64,000 nucleotides of DNA from Felis catus (Eukaryota): positions 89,528,001 through 89,592,000 of the forward strand of contig NC_058374.1 of assembly GCF_018350175.1 (NCBI RefSeq). Direction: 5' to 3'. The notes beneath the pieces were generated by a model. It had not been told where the DNA came from, ran no database searches, and was given only the letters and a program-made list of their open reading frames with translations. The translations under genes were made by a program, and so were the position numbers. This document shows, one piece after another, positions 38,781-52,640 of the stretch. Position 1 is the first letter of the stretch; the number at the start of each line of letters is the position of its first letter.

Positions 38781-39623
38781 GAAAGGAAGGAAGAAATCCC
38801 TGCTTAACTGCAGGGATTCCAGAGTCTTGACAAATTCCTCTCCCCACAATTTCTGGGAGTCAGGACCTCACCCCACTTGTCTGCTGCCTCAGCCACAGCT
38901 CTGTCTCCTCATCAGTCCATGCACAGGATGTGCACAGGCTGTCCATCACTCTGCTGTAAACTACCTCCTACACTTTCTGGATGGAATCTTTGCCCCCAGC
39001 TACTGTTTGTTTCCCCCTCCTATTCTGCTTCTAAGCAGAAGCGGAGACCCGTCTTTTAATTCTCTGATAAACCTGCTCAACCCAACTGCAACCTTCAGGA
39101 AAGACTTCTCTGAAGAGTTCAAGAAAATGGAAGGGACATCGTAACACCAACACCGACTTCAAGCTGTGCTTGGATATGGCTACCAGCAGCCCAGATACAC
39201 ATGCCACTCTCTTGTAATAGTGATCTTCGGACGAGGATTATACTACCTGGGGTGCAGTAGTGACTATTTCTCAAGATATGCACGCTCAGGGATCACTTTT
39301 AGGAAATCATTTTTAGGTCCTCAACTTTCGTATGAATTCCTACCCAGAATGAGGCTCTGAAGAAGCCTTTACTAGGTTAAGGTACTTCTTTCTTCCTTCT
39401 TCATAACTGCTATCCTCCCACATAAAAACAAACTCACTCCTCACCCAGAAGTTTATATTGGGAGTCAGCTTTCCATGTGTTTTTCATGTTTCCGCAGGTC
39501 TTGAGAGCGAGGCGCTAACTGTCCTGAATTCTGGGTTGTCTTTCAGGGAGGTTTGTGTCCTCGAGAACATCTTTGGAACAGAGTGTCTCCCTTTATTGAG
39601 ACCAAAGAGCAGACATGGTGACC

Positions 39624-40068
39624 GTTGCAGGCTGAATTATGTCCCCTCCCCACCAAAAGATGTGAACGTTCTAATCCCCAGTACCTTGGGTTGTGACTCT
39701 ATTTGGAAATATGGTCGTTGCAAATGTAATTAGTTAAGGTCATCCTGGAGTAGGGTGGGCCCCTAGTCCAATATGATTGGTGTCCTCATAAGAAGACAGC
39801 CATGTGAAGACAGAGACAGAGGGAGTCGCCATGTGGTGACAAAGCGGAGATGGAAGTTATGCAGTTGTAAACCAAGGAACACCAAAATGGCCAGCAAACC
39901 GCTAGGAAAGCAAGAAAAGATTTCCCTGCAGGCTTCAGAATGAAGACGGCCCTACCGACACCTTGATTTCACACATTTAGACTTCAGGACTGAGATATAA
40001 TACATTTCTGTCATTTATGCCACCCAATTGGTGGTACTTTGAGATGGCAACCCTAGCAAACGAATATA
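39624..40068 (+). mobile_element. MaLR solo LTR (MLT1A-D-like)
   Basis: ggctgaattatgtccc...gtgactctatttggaaat...gacaccttgattt...gcaaccctagcaaacgaata. Confidence 0.85.
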
Positions 40069-40627
40069 CTGACTATGCAGAATAATAATGTTTCCCTCAA
40101 GTAAATGGAAGGCATGCTTACTGACCGTTACATAAGATTTGGTCTCCTAAGATCAGAATTCTTCTCCTGAAATGCAACCTATTGCATGAGCAGACATCCA
40201 TCTGGGCCCATCCCCATTGACCCTGAGGAAACTGGGGCCCAGGGAACCAGTGCAAAAATGGTCATATTCTGGCTATTGCTACTGCTGTGAGTCATGGTCT
40301 CTTGTCTTCTGCCAGCACCCATGAAACTATGGCAGGCTAACTTATAAAATCTCAAACCCTGCACAGTTCTCAACATGGGATATTACGGCAGAGTGTAAAA
40401 ATCGCTGCCCACCAAACAAAGGAACATTTAGACGATCGGTTTCCTTAACCAGGTCATCACAAACACACACTCATTTAATTGAAAGAGATAGTTTAACTAA
40501 AATGTTCAAATAAAGTCTCTAATACATATGTCATTTGGTCATCAAACTCCGAGAGCCCTGTGGTAACAGAAAGAACATTTACATATGTAATCTGCTGAGA
40601 CAGTGTTTAACAGGGTGATCGATAATA

Positions 40628-40848
40628 CTTTTTTTTTTAATTTTTTTTTAATGTTTATTTATTTTTGAGACAGAGAGAGAGCATGAACGGGGGAGGGTCA
40701 GAGAGAGGCGGAGACACAGAATCCGAAGCAGGCTCCAGGCTCTGAGCTGTCAGCACAGAGCCCGACGCGGGGCTCGAACTCACGGACCATGAGATCATGA
40801 CCTGAACCGAAGTCGGACGCTTAACCAACCAAGCCATCCAGGCGCCCC
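40628..40848 (-). mobile_element. Can-SINE
   Basis: Full antisense copy; TSD aatacttttt/aatactttta. Confidence 0.92.
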
Positions 40849-41700
40849 AATACTTTTAAGAAAATAAAATTCATATTAGGATAAAATTCTATGGGAGAAG
40901 TAGAATGGAGTTGAAGGAGCAAAAAGAGTGATATAATATTACAAAGCTTGTTAAGATATTTTCAAATAGGGAAAATGGTAGCTATCAAGCCTCTGTTGTA
41001 GCAAGATTTCACTGGATACATTTAAAAGAACAATTAACATTTTCATTTGAAATGTCAACAGCTACGATACATAATAAAATGAATCTTTTGAGACTATTTA
41101 CATGTAATGATTATTTCAGATTTTTTAAAAAAATTCATTAAGGCGTCCTGGTTTTTCAAAATTGGTAGAAAAGTACACAAGTAAAACAAGTTTGAAGACT
41201 ATTCACTGCCTCCCTGCTTAAGCGCTCTCAACTCCTGGCCTGCAGGGGGCGTTGCAGCCAGCTCACCTCACCACTGGCACAAGCCCAGCAGGCCCCATGT
41301 TTGTCAAGGCTGGCTGCTGTATCCCCATCCTTAGCATAGTTGGTGTTTAATGGTTGTTAAATGAATGAAAGTTGAATACTGGAAAGGAGCCATTCATGTC
41401 CTCTGATTCTTCTTTAGGGATTCCTCTAACACTGGCCTAGCCTGGAGTGGCTGAGGCCAGGTTGGTTCTGGGTCAAGAGATGTCCGCACTGCCATATCCT
41501 GTCACACCAAAAATGAAAAAAATGCCAAACAGCCTACTAGATACATATGGCACTCCTTGGCTGTAGTTGGCTAAATGTCTCGTGTGCTCATGAAATGGCT
41601 GGGCTTAACCGCGGTCACCCATTAGTATCAATACTGAATATTTCCCCTCCTTCCTCAGTGCCTAAAAAAGACTAACTAGTTGTAAAAACAATCGAAATGA

Positions 41701-42140
41701 GGGGCACCTGGGTGGCTCAGTCGGTTAAGCATCCAGCTCGATTTTGGTTCGGGTCATGACCTCACGGTTTGTGAGATTGAGCCCCATGTTGGGCTCTGAG
41801 CTGACAGTGTGGAACCTTCTTGGGATTCTCTCTCTGCCCCCCCCCCTCTGCCCCTCTCTCTGCCTTTCTGTGCTCTCACTCGCTCACTCTCTCTCAAAAT
41901 AAATGGATACACTTAAAAAAAATTGAGGGGTGCCTGTGTGGCTCAGTCAGTTGAGCTTCCGACTCTTGGCTTTGGTTCAGGTCATGATCTCACGGTTTGT
42001 GGGTTTGAGCCCTGCATCGGGATCAATGCTGTCAGTGTGGAGCCTGCTTGGGATTTTCTCTCTCTCCCTCTCTCTCTGGCCCTCCCCCACTTGTATGTTC
42101 TCTCTCTCTCAAATAAACTTTAAAAATGAAAAAAAAAATA
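41701..42140 (+). mobile_element. Two tandem Can-SINEs (41701-41922 and 41926-42140)
   Basis: Two heads and two A tails. Confidence 0.9.
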
Positions 42141-42534
42141 GATTTAATAAATTTTTAAAAACCTGAAGTTCATACTTTCAAATGCTTTCAAAACTGGGTC
42201 AGAGACCACAGGGGTATGTCCTGGCTTCCTGAGGCATGGGAAAAAGTGACTAAGTGGAATTAGTGAGAAAGATATTAGAAACTAGGGGAGAAACCAAGGG
42301 AGGAAGGGAAAAAGCAGAGGCAAATCATCAACGGTAATTAAGAGATAAGAAAATTAACCGTGAGGAAGAAATAAAGGAAGATCATAACATTTACATAAGT
42401 GTCTTGTGATAAGGGGAAAGATGGCTGCCTTGTTTCAAATTAGGCAAAAGGCAGAAATCCTCATAAATTCTTACACATTTCTTTTAAAACTCCCCAGTGT
42501 CTGTAGAAGATCCTAAACAACAAGCTCATTATTT

Positions 42535-42643
42535 TTTTTAAGATTTTATTTTTTTAAGTAATCTCTACACCCAACGTGCCCGAACTCACAACCCCAAGAT
42601 CAAGAGTCTCGTGTTCCACCGACTCAGCCAGCCAGGTGCCCCT
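42535..42643 (-). mobile_element. Short Can-SINE, left arm of the hairpin
   Basis: Antisense short SINE with its own TSD a(g/a)ctcattattt (42523-42534 and 42644-42655). Confidence 0.9.
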
Positions 42644-42668
42644 AACTCATTATTTGAACAAGTGGCAA

Positions 42669-42774
42669 GAGGTGCACCTGGCTGGCTGAGTCGGTGGAAC
42701 ACGAGACTCTTGATCTTGGGGTTGTGAGTTCGGGCCCCACGTTGGGTGTAGAGATTACTTAAAAATGAAATCTT
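42669..42774 (+). mobile_element. Short Can-SINE, right arm of the hairpin; tail split by the RPS3 retrocopy and resumes at 43628-43654
   Basis: TSD-like aacaagtggcaa (42657-42668) and aaaaactggcaa (43655-43666). Confidence 0.88.
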
Positions 42775-43627
42775 GCCTTGCCTTTCAGAGGTACACAGCA
42801 GCAAGATGGCAGAGCAAGTTTCCGAGAAGAGGAAGTTCATCGCTGATGACGTCTTCAAAGCTGAACTGAACGAGTTTCTCACTCAGGAGCTGGCTAAAGG
42901 CGGCTCGTCCAGGGTTGAGATCCAAGTTACACCAACCAGGACAGAAATCAGTATCTTGGCTATCGGGGCACGGAATGATCTGGGTGAGACAGGCTGGCAG
43001 ATCCAAGAGTTGATCCCTGTAGTTCAGCAGAGGTTTGGTTTCCCGGAGGGCAGCATAGAGCTTTATGATGAAAAGGTGGCCACAGGAGGTCTGTGTGCTA
43101 TTGCCCAGGCAGTCCCTACGTTATAAAGTCCTAGGAGGCCTCACCGTGTGGAGGACCTGCTATAGTGTCTTGTGGTTCATCATGGAGAGTGGGGCCAAAG
43201 GCTGTGAGCTTGTGGTGTCTGGGAAGCTCCAAGGACAGAGGGCTAAATCCATGAAGTTTGTGGATGGCCTGATGACTCACAGTGAGGACCCTGTTAACTA
43301 GTACATGGACACTGCTGTGTGCTGTATGCTGCTCAGACAGGGCGTGCTGGGCGTCAAAGTGAAGAGCATGCTTCCGTCAGACCCAAGTGGTAAGTCTGAC
43401 CAAGTGGTAAGAATCCCCTGCCAGATCATGTGAGCATTGTGGAACCCAAATATGAGATACTCCCCAGCAACCCCATCTCGGGACAGGAGGGTGGGAAGTC
43501 AGAGCTCCCTGCCATGCCTCAGCCAGTACCCACAATGTTAACAGGGTCTCCGTGGCAGCTGCATCTGGAGTTTGGATTTTGCTCTGTAAAGACCTTTAAT
43601 AAAATCTTTGAAAAAGAAAACCAGAAT
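42775..43627 (+). pseudogene. RPS3: Full-length processed pseudogene of ribosomal protein S3
   Basis: ATG 42806 ([11 protein letters not shown]...), intronless to PQPVPT; frameshift at ~43112, TAG at 43299-43301, second frameshift at ~43395; pyrimidine 5' leader, AATAAA 43598-43603, A-rich tail, TSD aaaat(g/a)aaatctt. Confidence 0.97.
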
Positions 43628-43739
43628 AAAATAAAATCTTAAAAAAATTAAGATAAAAACTGGCAAAAGAATCGAGCCCTTCCTATAGGAACTGTTCTTT
43701 AATATAACCAAATAGACGTAAAGTTTATTCTCATAGAAG

Positions 43740-44545
43740 TATTCCACCTAACAAATGAAAAAGGAATGACATAATTAGAATATCACTGTTTTGTAACCTC
43801 TAGTGATATAATTGATCCAGGTAATGCCACATATTAGCTACCTCCAAATAAAATACACAATAGTCACTACAAAAAAAGAAAGAAAGAAAGAAGAAAGAGA
43901 GAAAGAAAGAGAAAGGAAAAAGAAAAATCTGATCAAACCTCTTGATCTAACTTCCAACATAAAGAAAAAAAAAAAAGATAGAAAAGCATGATCACTGATA
44001 GCTTAAGGATACCATCAGCAAAGTCCTGACTGTAAAAACTTCATAGGTATGAAATAAACTAAACACTTCAGTCAAGAGGCGGAGATTGTCAGATTGCAGA
44101 GCAGAGTTGGCTATTGCTCTTTGTAATCAGTATTCTCTCTTTATTTCTTACTGTAGACACTTTAAAAATTAAGATACAAATAGTGAGAGGATAGGGAAAG
44201 ACATACCATATGAACAGTCAGCAGAAACAAACTGGAAGGGTCATAAAAATATCAGGCAAAATGTACTTCAAAACAAGGAGTAGTGATGGAGATAAAGTAG
44301 GAAACTTCACAATGATAAATGGTCAATATGTGAGAAAGAAAAATTGTGAATGTATATGGGCCTAATAAGGGCTTCAATATACAAAAGGCAAAAAGCTGCA
44401 GAAATAAAGGAAGACCTCTACAATCACAGTTAGATTTTAACACACCTCTCTTGGTAATTAAAAGAGCACCTAGATCCCCTCCTCCCCCGAAAATATCAGT
44501 AAGAATATAGAACTGAATGATGCTATCAACCAAGCATAAGAATTT
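43740..44545 (+). mobile_element. Decayed L1 fragment including an ORF2 endonuclease-region remnant
   Basis: cacaatgataaatggtcaat and gattttaacacacctctc motifs; no open frame. Confidence 0.7.
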
Positions 44546-45092
44546 GGAAACAAAGAACCACCTTATCCCTAAAATAAGGAGAGAGGGGAGGGTGAGTTGG
44601 TTAGGCATTTATCTGCCTCCTCTTCTAAGCGAGTTCTTTAAGTACCGTTCAGACATAATGACTAAGCACACTTATGCCACAGATCTGAAGAGAAAGACGA
44701 GAACAGGAGAGGTACTGAGTTTAAGGAAAGAATGGTCCGTCTTTTATTTATACAGCTTTCAAACCCAAGTAAGCTCCAAAGCCTTTTTTACATGCATGAT
44801 GTCATTCCATTCTTCTATATCCTTTGAAAAAGGCAGCCCATATGTTCTTATCCCCATTTTACAGATAAGGAAGTAAGCCCAGAGGCTGACAAGCAAAAAA
44901 AAGAAAGAAAAAACAAAAGCCAAGTTTGCTGCTCGATCAAAAGGTGGATGCATTTTACAGATCACGTGAGTGACTCTACGGGAGTGCGGTGAGTTACCAA
45001 CCGTTTTCTTTCTTGTAAGTAAATTCTCTACAATGTGTTCAAATATACAAAGCAATATCGGGGGGTATTGAATCCTTAGTTAAGAAGCTGTG

Positions 45093-45552
45093 CAGTAGTC
45101 CCCCTTATCTGCAAGAAGTACGCTGAAGACACCCAACAGACACCTGAAACTGTATACAGTACCAAGCTCTGTATATACTATGGTTTTCTCTATACATACA
45201 TACTTATGATAAAGTTTAATTTATAAGTTGGCGCAGTAAGAAATTAACACCAGTAATAAAATAGAGCAGTTATAACATTGTACTGTAATGCAAGTTATGT
45301 GAATGTGGGCTCTGTCTCTAAAAATCTGATTGTGCTGTCCTCACCCTTCTCTGATGATGGGAGATGATACGATACTGACGCCATGAGATAAAGTGAGGTG
45401 AATGACACAGGCTTTGTGAGGTAGCAGTAGGCTGCTACTGACTTCCTGATGATTCGTCAGGAGGAGGAATTGGCTTTCAGCTTCCAGGCCTTGGGTGACC
45501 ATGGATAAATGAGACCGAGGTAAGCAAAGCTGTTTATAAGGGGCAATGGCTG
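45093..45552. mobile_element. MER44/Tigger7-like DNA transposon
   Basis: cagtagtcccccttatc start and ataagggggc...ctg|ta end. Confidence 0.7.
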
Positions 45553-45765
45553 TATTTTCACACACTCCCTAAAACCCTGAAATGATATAGTCAGATACCA
45601 GGTTGGACCCAAGAGGACAAAGCTGTGAATGTTCACCCTGTGTCCAAACAACATCGAAAAATGAACACTCCTTGATGGGCTTGTTGGCAAACTCAGTAAG
45701 TGTTGACCACACTCCTGGTTATGCATAAAAACTGATCAAGTTGTGGTTTAGAAACAATTTCTCTT

Positions 45766-45960
45766 AATTTTTTTTTTAATGTTTATTTATTTTTGAGCAG
45801 GGGGGAGGGGCAGAGAGAGAGGGAGACACACAATCTGAAGCAGGCTCCAGGCTCTGAGCTGTCAGCACAGAGCCTGACATGGGGCTGGATCTCACGAACT
45901 GTGAGATCACCACCTGAGCCAAAGTCAGACTCTCAACCAACTGAGCCACCCAGGCACCCC
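45766..45960 (-). mobile_element. Can-SINE
   Basis: Full antisense copy; TSD agaaacaattt. Confidence 0.9.
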
Positions 45961-46517
45961 AGAAACAATTTCCAAGTAAACAGTCCTCAAAAAATATGCG
46001 GATTTACTCTTCCCTATACCAAAACACAGACTTTACAGATCATCTCATTACTGATTTAACAGGACAAGTCTCAGAGTAGAATCACTTTGTTTCTTGGCTT
46101 GAACCAAAATATGTTTAAAAATAAATATACATTTCAAATACATAGGAAATATACATTTCCCAGGCAAGGACTGGTTATTTAAATATCATATTGTCTGTTT
46201 TATTTACACTCTTCTCCAAGTTCCACTGAAGCATATTTCTTTAGGTACATGGGGATCATTTCATTAAGGCTAATGGTGATTGTTTTCTAGAAAAAAAAAA
46301 AAATACGTGAACACCAAGGAATATTTTTCACTTTCCCGGAAGAATACAAAAGGGAAGAAAAATGATTGAATTTTTAGTTCTAATTCTTTCCAGTTTTTTA
46401 TAAAAGTTCAGTGTTGTTCGGATTTTTATATGACCAGAGTGAATAAAGTGCAGGAGTCAATCGCTGCTTTCTATTTAAAGCAAACTGGCTTTTTATAAAT
46501 CATAGGACTTTTATTTG

Positions 46518-46613
46518 GAAAAAAGCAAAAGAAAAGAAAGAAAAAAGAGAAGAGAAGAAAAAAGAAAAGAAAGAAAAGAGAAGGAAAGGAAAGGAAAAGG
46601 AAAAGGAAAGGAA
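46518..46613. repeat. Polypurine (GAAAA/GGAAA)n tract
   Basis: Direct reading. Confidence 0.9.
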
Positions 46614-46819
46614 ATGGGCCAGTAGGTCCTTCCACCAGGTAGTCCCAGCCAAGGTGGGCTGGCCTCCTGGCACAGACTGGGAGCGGCTCTGCCCATGTTG
46701 CCAGCTTGCCTGCTGTGGTGGCCCAATAAAACCGTGGCTCCGTGCCATCGTGAGAAACAGGACTGATCCGATTATGTCACACACAAGTTTTGAAGGAACT
46801 ATCAGATAGTAACAACTCA

Positions 46820-48036
46820 ATTACTCTTTGTGGCTTATTTTTATTCGTAATCAATAACCTAGAAGTGAAGTCCTCCACGGCCCATTATACCTTTAGGGGT
46901 CCATCTACTACCCCAGGAACGCCTGCGGAAGGAAAGTGTGAAGGCGGCATGTGTTAAGAGACATCACCGCTTCTAAAAATAATTTGGAGGAGACAGGCAT
47001 GAAACTCAAGTTCTGACGTGCTTAAGTACTCATCTGATTATTCAACTATGAAGAGGTCTTTGGCACACACAACTGATTTTTAGCAAGCACAAGGTATCAA
47101 GACCAACATTTTGACATTATAAAAGCAGGCTGAGTTGCATGAATGTCCAAAAGTGGACGAAAAACTAAGACTACATGCTTTTCCAGCCGAAGAGGAAGCA
47201 GAGAGTGGAGTCAAACATGAACATGCCTTTCAGCAGAAAGGTGATAAACAGAAAGCCAAGCAGATAATATACTGAAGAATGAAGAAACCCCATGTAATGG
47301 CTTCTGCTAACTTTCAAACAGAATGAAAAATTCAAACTTTTCAAGGGTAAGAAGAAATGCAGTTAGGTGTGTAGATCATCCCCAAAAAGAGCCCATGACT
47401 ATTAAAGTTTCTGCGGATCTTCTGAACTGTTAAACACCTGATGTTATGGGACCACTCTGGTTCACCTTTAATTTCAATAACTGATGGCTATTTTTCACCA
47501 AGACACTAGCTTTGGCATCCAAAATATTAATTTGTTGATGAGAATCATAAAATAATTTTATGTTAACTTTGCTAATTTATGAGATAGAAAACGTACAGTC
47601 CTTGATTCTGAAAAGGCCATTTAATATCTTATCCCAATTACTCATCCCGGAAGGAAGGGAAAGGAGAAAGCATTTGGAATTGCATTAAAACAGAAAGTTT
47701 AGAACAATATAAAACATGTGGAAAGAAAAATCAAAGGCTAATAAATATTCAGTCTACGTGAAATACAGGAAAATAGGAGAAAGTACTGAAAGTACTTCGC
47801 TGTACCACGGTTATACACAGTAGTCATGATCACTTCCTAGATTACTCTTTGGATACTTAATTCAATTGGCCTTAATTGCTTATAAAGTGTGCGACACAAT
47901 TAGGGAGGATCTGTCTCTAATTTAGCTCTGGGAGAAGCATGAATGGATGGAAACTCTAATCATAGACCACAGTAGATCATTAGAGCAATTAAGAACACAA
48001 TTTCCAGTCTTGAAAACCTTTCCCACAAATCACCTG
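46820..48036 (-). other. KICS2: KICS2 3'UTR with poly(A) signal AATAAA (+ strand TTTATT 46840-46845)
   Basis: Follows the stop codon; AATAAA followed on - by GT-rich ttgtgtgtg; end inferred. Confidence 0.55.
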
Positions 48037-48870
<834 letters not shown>

Positions 48871-49411
48871 TTAATAGAAATAAGTGGAAATGTTACTTCA
48901 CATTGACATTTTCTACCCTCAAAACAACACACTGTGGCCAGACAAGTAACATTATGTTTGGGGGCAGGGGAAGGGAAGGTTGAAGGGCTGCATGCCGATT
49001 TATTTAAAAAGTTGTTCTGACGTAACTTCACCGTCTCAGAGTTAGGTCAGCATCATATCCTCCTGTGGAAATAGCCTGACATTTAAACAGAACATGAGAG
49101 TCATGGTTCCCTTCCTTTCAAATACAAAGAAATGAAATTAGCTGTACTTCTTTCCTAACCTATTTTATTCATTCTGGGAATTATATAACTCACATAAATA
49201 TCAAAACAAGGCATCCTCTTTTTCAGGATGTAGTCCTAAAGAAGCACAGGTAAAAAGAAAAACAAAGTCACTAAAACATATCTTAAATGTGTACGTAACA
49301 CATATAAACTTACTTAATGTGCACAGTAACTCCACAAGGTATTATGGGAACTCCATAGTAACTCCAGAAGGTAAGCTCTTATTCAATCCTAGTCCCCAAA
49401 TTTCCTTCATA

Positions 49412-49612
49412 TTTAGTGTTTATTTACTTTTGAGAGAGAGAGAGCACGAGCAGGGGAGCGGCAGAGAGAAAGGGAGACAGAGAATCCGAAGCAGGCTCCA
49501 CACCGTCAGCCCAGAGCTCAATATGGGGTTCGAACTCACAAACCATGAGATCACGACCTGAGCTAAAATCAAGAGTCGGATGCTTAGCCGACTGAGCCTC
49601 CCAGGCGCCCCT
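49412..49612 (-). mobile_element. Can-SINE in KICS2 intron
   Basis: Antisense copy; TSD ccttcatattt. Confidence 0.9.
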
Positions 49613-50902
49613 CCTTCATATTTTAGTCACAGTTAAAAACAAAGTAGTAACTAAATTTTAAAAAATCTAATATTTCAATATTTACTTGTTTTAAATTGGA
49701 TCACTACTCACTAAATTAACTTTACGACTCATGGACTGCTACCTGCTGTTTGTAAAACATTTTTTCTACTTCGTTTGTTAACAGTAATATTGTGCAGCGG
49801 GGGAGGGGAGAGGAGTGGGAGTATGTCCCCTTCAGGAACAGGGGGAAAAGGCGAAGTGTGAAGAGCCTGAGGCAAGTGAGAACATGACCCTTTCCCATCA
49901 ATGCCTATTTCTGATGCTTCAGGTTTCCTATTCAGAGTCATTTCCTTGGAAAGGTCTTCTCCGTTCACGTCCACACTAGTCAGCCAATTTACTCTTCTTG
50001 TTTCTTAATACCTGTCTTCCACGTTAGTAGCTTCATTGCATAATTTGCCAGGCAAACTGGGACCCATGGTCACCTTTGCTTTGAGCTCCTCCCTGAGGAC
50101 AAGTCAACACTGCCTACTTCCTACACTCCTTTATCTCTAAAACATATGGCACAGAGCAGAGATTCAGTAAACATGGTAAACCAACTATGTGAAGATTTGA
50201 ATCTTACTTTCTGCCTCATTGATTCTGTTGTTTGTGATCTAAATAAAATTCTGTAACAATGGCAAGGAAGGTCCTCTCTGTATGGACCATGTAGAGCTTT
50301 CTTGCTCAGTCTTCTTCTGAAACATGCCCAGGGGGTGATTAGTGTCTCTCTGGCCTGATGCTCTCTCCTTCTGCAGGAGCCAACGCCAAGCCCTTATACT
50401 CTTCCTAAAGATCCAAAGCAACTGCAAGTGACCCTGATTTCAAATATGTGGGCAAGATCTAGCATTTACTGAGCATATCCTATGCCCCAGGCACCATGGG
50501 AGATGATTTACAGGCCTGAACCCACATAAGTTAATTGCTTCACTGTCAACAAGGCAGAGGCTTCTCATATGGCTCTCTTGGCCCCCGTTGAAGAGGAAAA
50601 TGCTGGTTATCAATTAAAAAGTGAAGGAAAAAAAATCATCACAAATAGACCTGGAGTTTTAAAAAATCCATTTAAACATTAATTAGAGGGATTATTAAAA
50701 ATTAATTAGAGAGCCCATATTAGGTTGGATATTTTAAGATAGAAACTGATGTGATAAGTAGGATGTAGTTATTCACATGACCACACATTATTTTTTTTTT
50801 CTATCGCCAGTATTTTCCCTTCAATATCCTTCAAGAGAAGGAAGCTAAAACATGGGTAGTGGAAGGTTTTAGTCTAATAATACATTCAAAGAATCAGAAA
50901 GA

Positions 50903-51098
50903 TGGGGTGCCTGGGTGGCTTAGTCAGTTAAGCATCCAACTGTTGATCTTAGCTCACTCAGGTCATGATCTTGCAGTCCGTGGGTTCAAGCCACATGTCA
51001 GGCTCTGCGCTGACAGTGTGAAGCCTGCGTGGGATTCTGTCTCTCTGCCCCTTCCCAGCTTGTGCTCTCTCTCAAAAGAAATAAATAAACTTAAAAAA
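50903..51098 (+). mobile_element. Can-SINE
   Basis: Head, CT tract, A tail. Confidence 0.88.
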
Positions 51099-52115
51099 GC
51101 AGGGGGGGGGGGTGGGGAATCAGAGAGATAAACCAGATTTCAAATCCCCAGCTCATATACTTAATTAATAATTAACTAATTTGCACTCTCCAAAATTACA
51201 TGCTTGAAGTAAACGTTAAGAAAGTCTAATACACATGCACACACACAACCCCACTATAGCACGTCTCAAAACCTTTGAAGTGTAAGAAATGTTCCTACCA
51301 CCTTAGCCTTTAGGCCCTTTGACACTTAATGACCATAAAACATCACAAGATTCTATAATCATGGGTATCGAGAAAATTTGCCAAGGAACTCAGAACATAG
51401 TAAAGACTGTCAATAATAGGAAAACGGTATGAGATTGAAGAAAATTCTACCACAAATAACAATACTCCATTTTTCTGCCTCATTGGAAATCATCATTTAT
51501 ATCCAACGTTCTCTCTGAAAGAACATGAATTTTCTGTACTAATCTTCAGAAAGAATTCTGAACAAGCTCTTCCACAAACATAAACTAAAACTGTTTATAT
51601 GTTCAACATTTATTAGGATGAATGTGAATTTCGAAGCTATTTTTCATCCTAAAGAAGAGCCAAAAATTCATGTTAATGTTATTCTGCCAAGACTTTGAGA
51701 TTAGCATTATGATGTATCATTTCCCCATTTCCATTCTTGTTCTGTGCCTCATGCCTATTTACAACTCACACTATAGGGGGATCTGTTAAATTGTTGTAAT
51801 CCAAAATATATACCTCAGCTATGGCAGCGAGGTTGGAAGAGTCTGAATACAGAATAAATTGACAACTATTTGCAAAGAACATCTGTTTTACAAAAAGCCA
51901 AAAAAGAGAGAGAGAAAGGGAGTGGGGACAGAGAGAAAGCGGGTAAGAGAGAACTCTCTCCTTCACAAATCCACATCAAGGAATTCCTTCCAAAAGAAGT
52001 ATGCAAGTCCCACGCATGTGAGGAGTCAGATGAAAATGATTAAAAACAATCTGTAGCACAGTGTGAACGTACTGAATGCCACAGAACTACATACATTTTA
52101 AAATGGTAAATTTCA

Positions 52116-52536
52116 AGGGCACTTGCGTGGCTCAGTCAGTTAAGCGTCTTTGGCTTGGGTCGTGATCTCATGGTTTGTGGGTTCGAACCCCACGTCAGGC
52201 TCTGTGTTGACAGCTCAGAGCCTGGAGCCTGCTTCAGATTCTGTGTCTCCCTCTCTCTGCCCCCCCTACCTCACACTTCCTCTCCCTCTCAAAAATAAAT
52301 AAATATTAAAAATTTTTTTTTAATTTTAAAAAAATGGTAAATTTTATAGTATGTATATTTTACCATAATGAACAAAAATCTATAGTTTCTTCTCATTTAA
52401 AACTTTTACTAGTGGGGCTCCTGGGTGGCTCAGTTAGTTGAGCATCCAACTCTTGAGTACGCCTCAGGTCATGATTTCATAGTTGTGAGATCGAGTCCTG
52501 CATCAGGCTCTGCACTGAGCACGAAGCTTGCTTAAG

Positions 52537-52579
<43 letters not shown>

Positions 52580-52640
52580 GTCTCCCTCTGTTCCTCCCCA
52601 CCACTGCATTCTATCTCAAACAAAAAATTTAAAAAAAAAA
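52116..52640 (+). mobile_element. Two Can-SINEs (52116-52320 and 52413-52640)
   Basis: Two heads and tails; TSDs aaaatggtaaattt and aaacttytactagt. Confidence 0.9.

Noticed and set aside
42773-43642. ORFs 42773..43126, 43065..43301 and 43430..43642 as functional genes
   Set aside because: They are frame-shifted fragments of one decayed RPS3 retrocopy.
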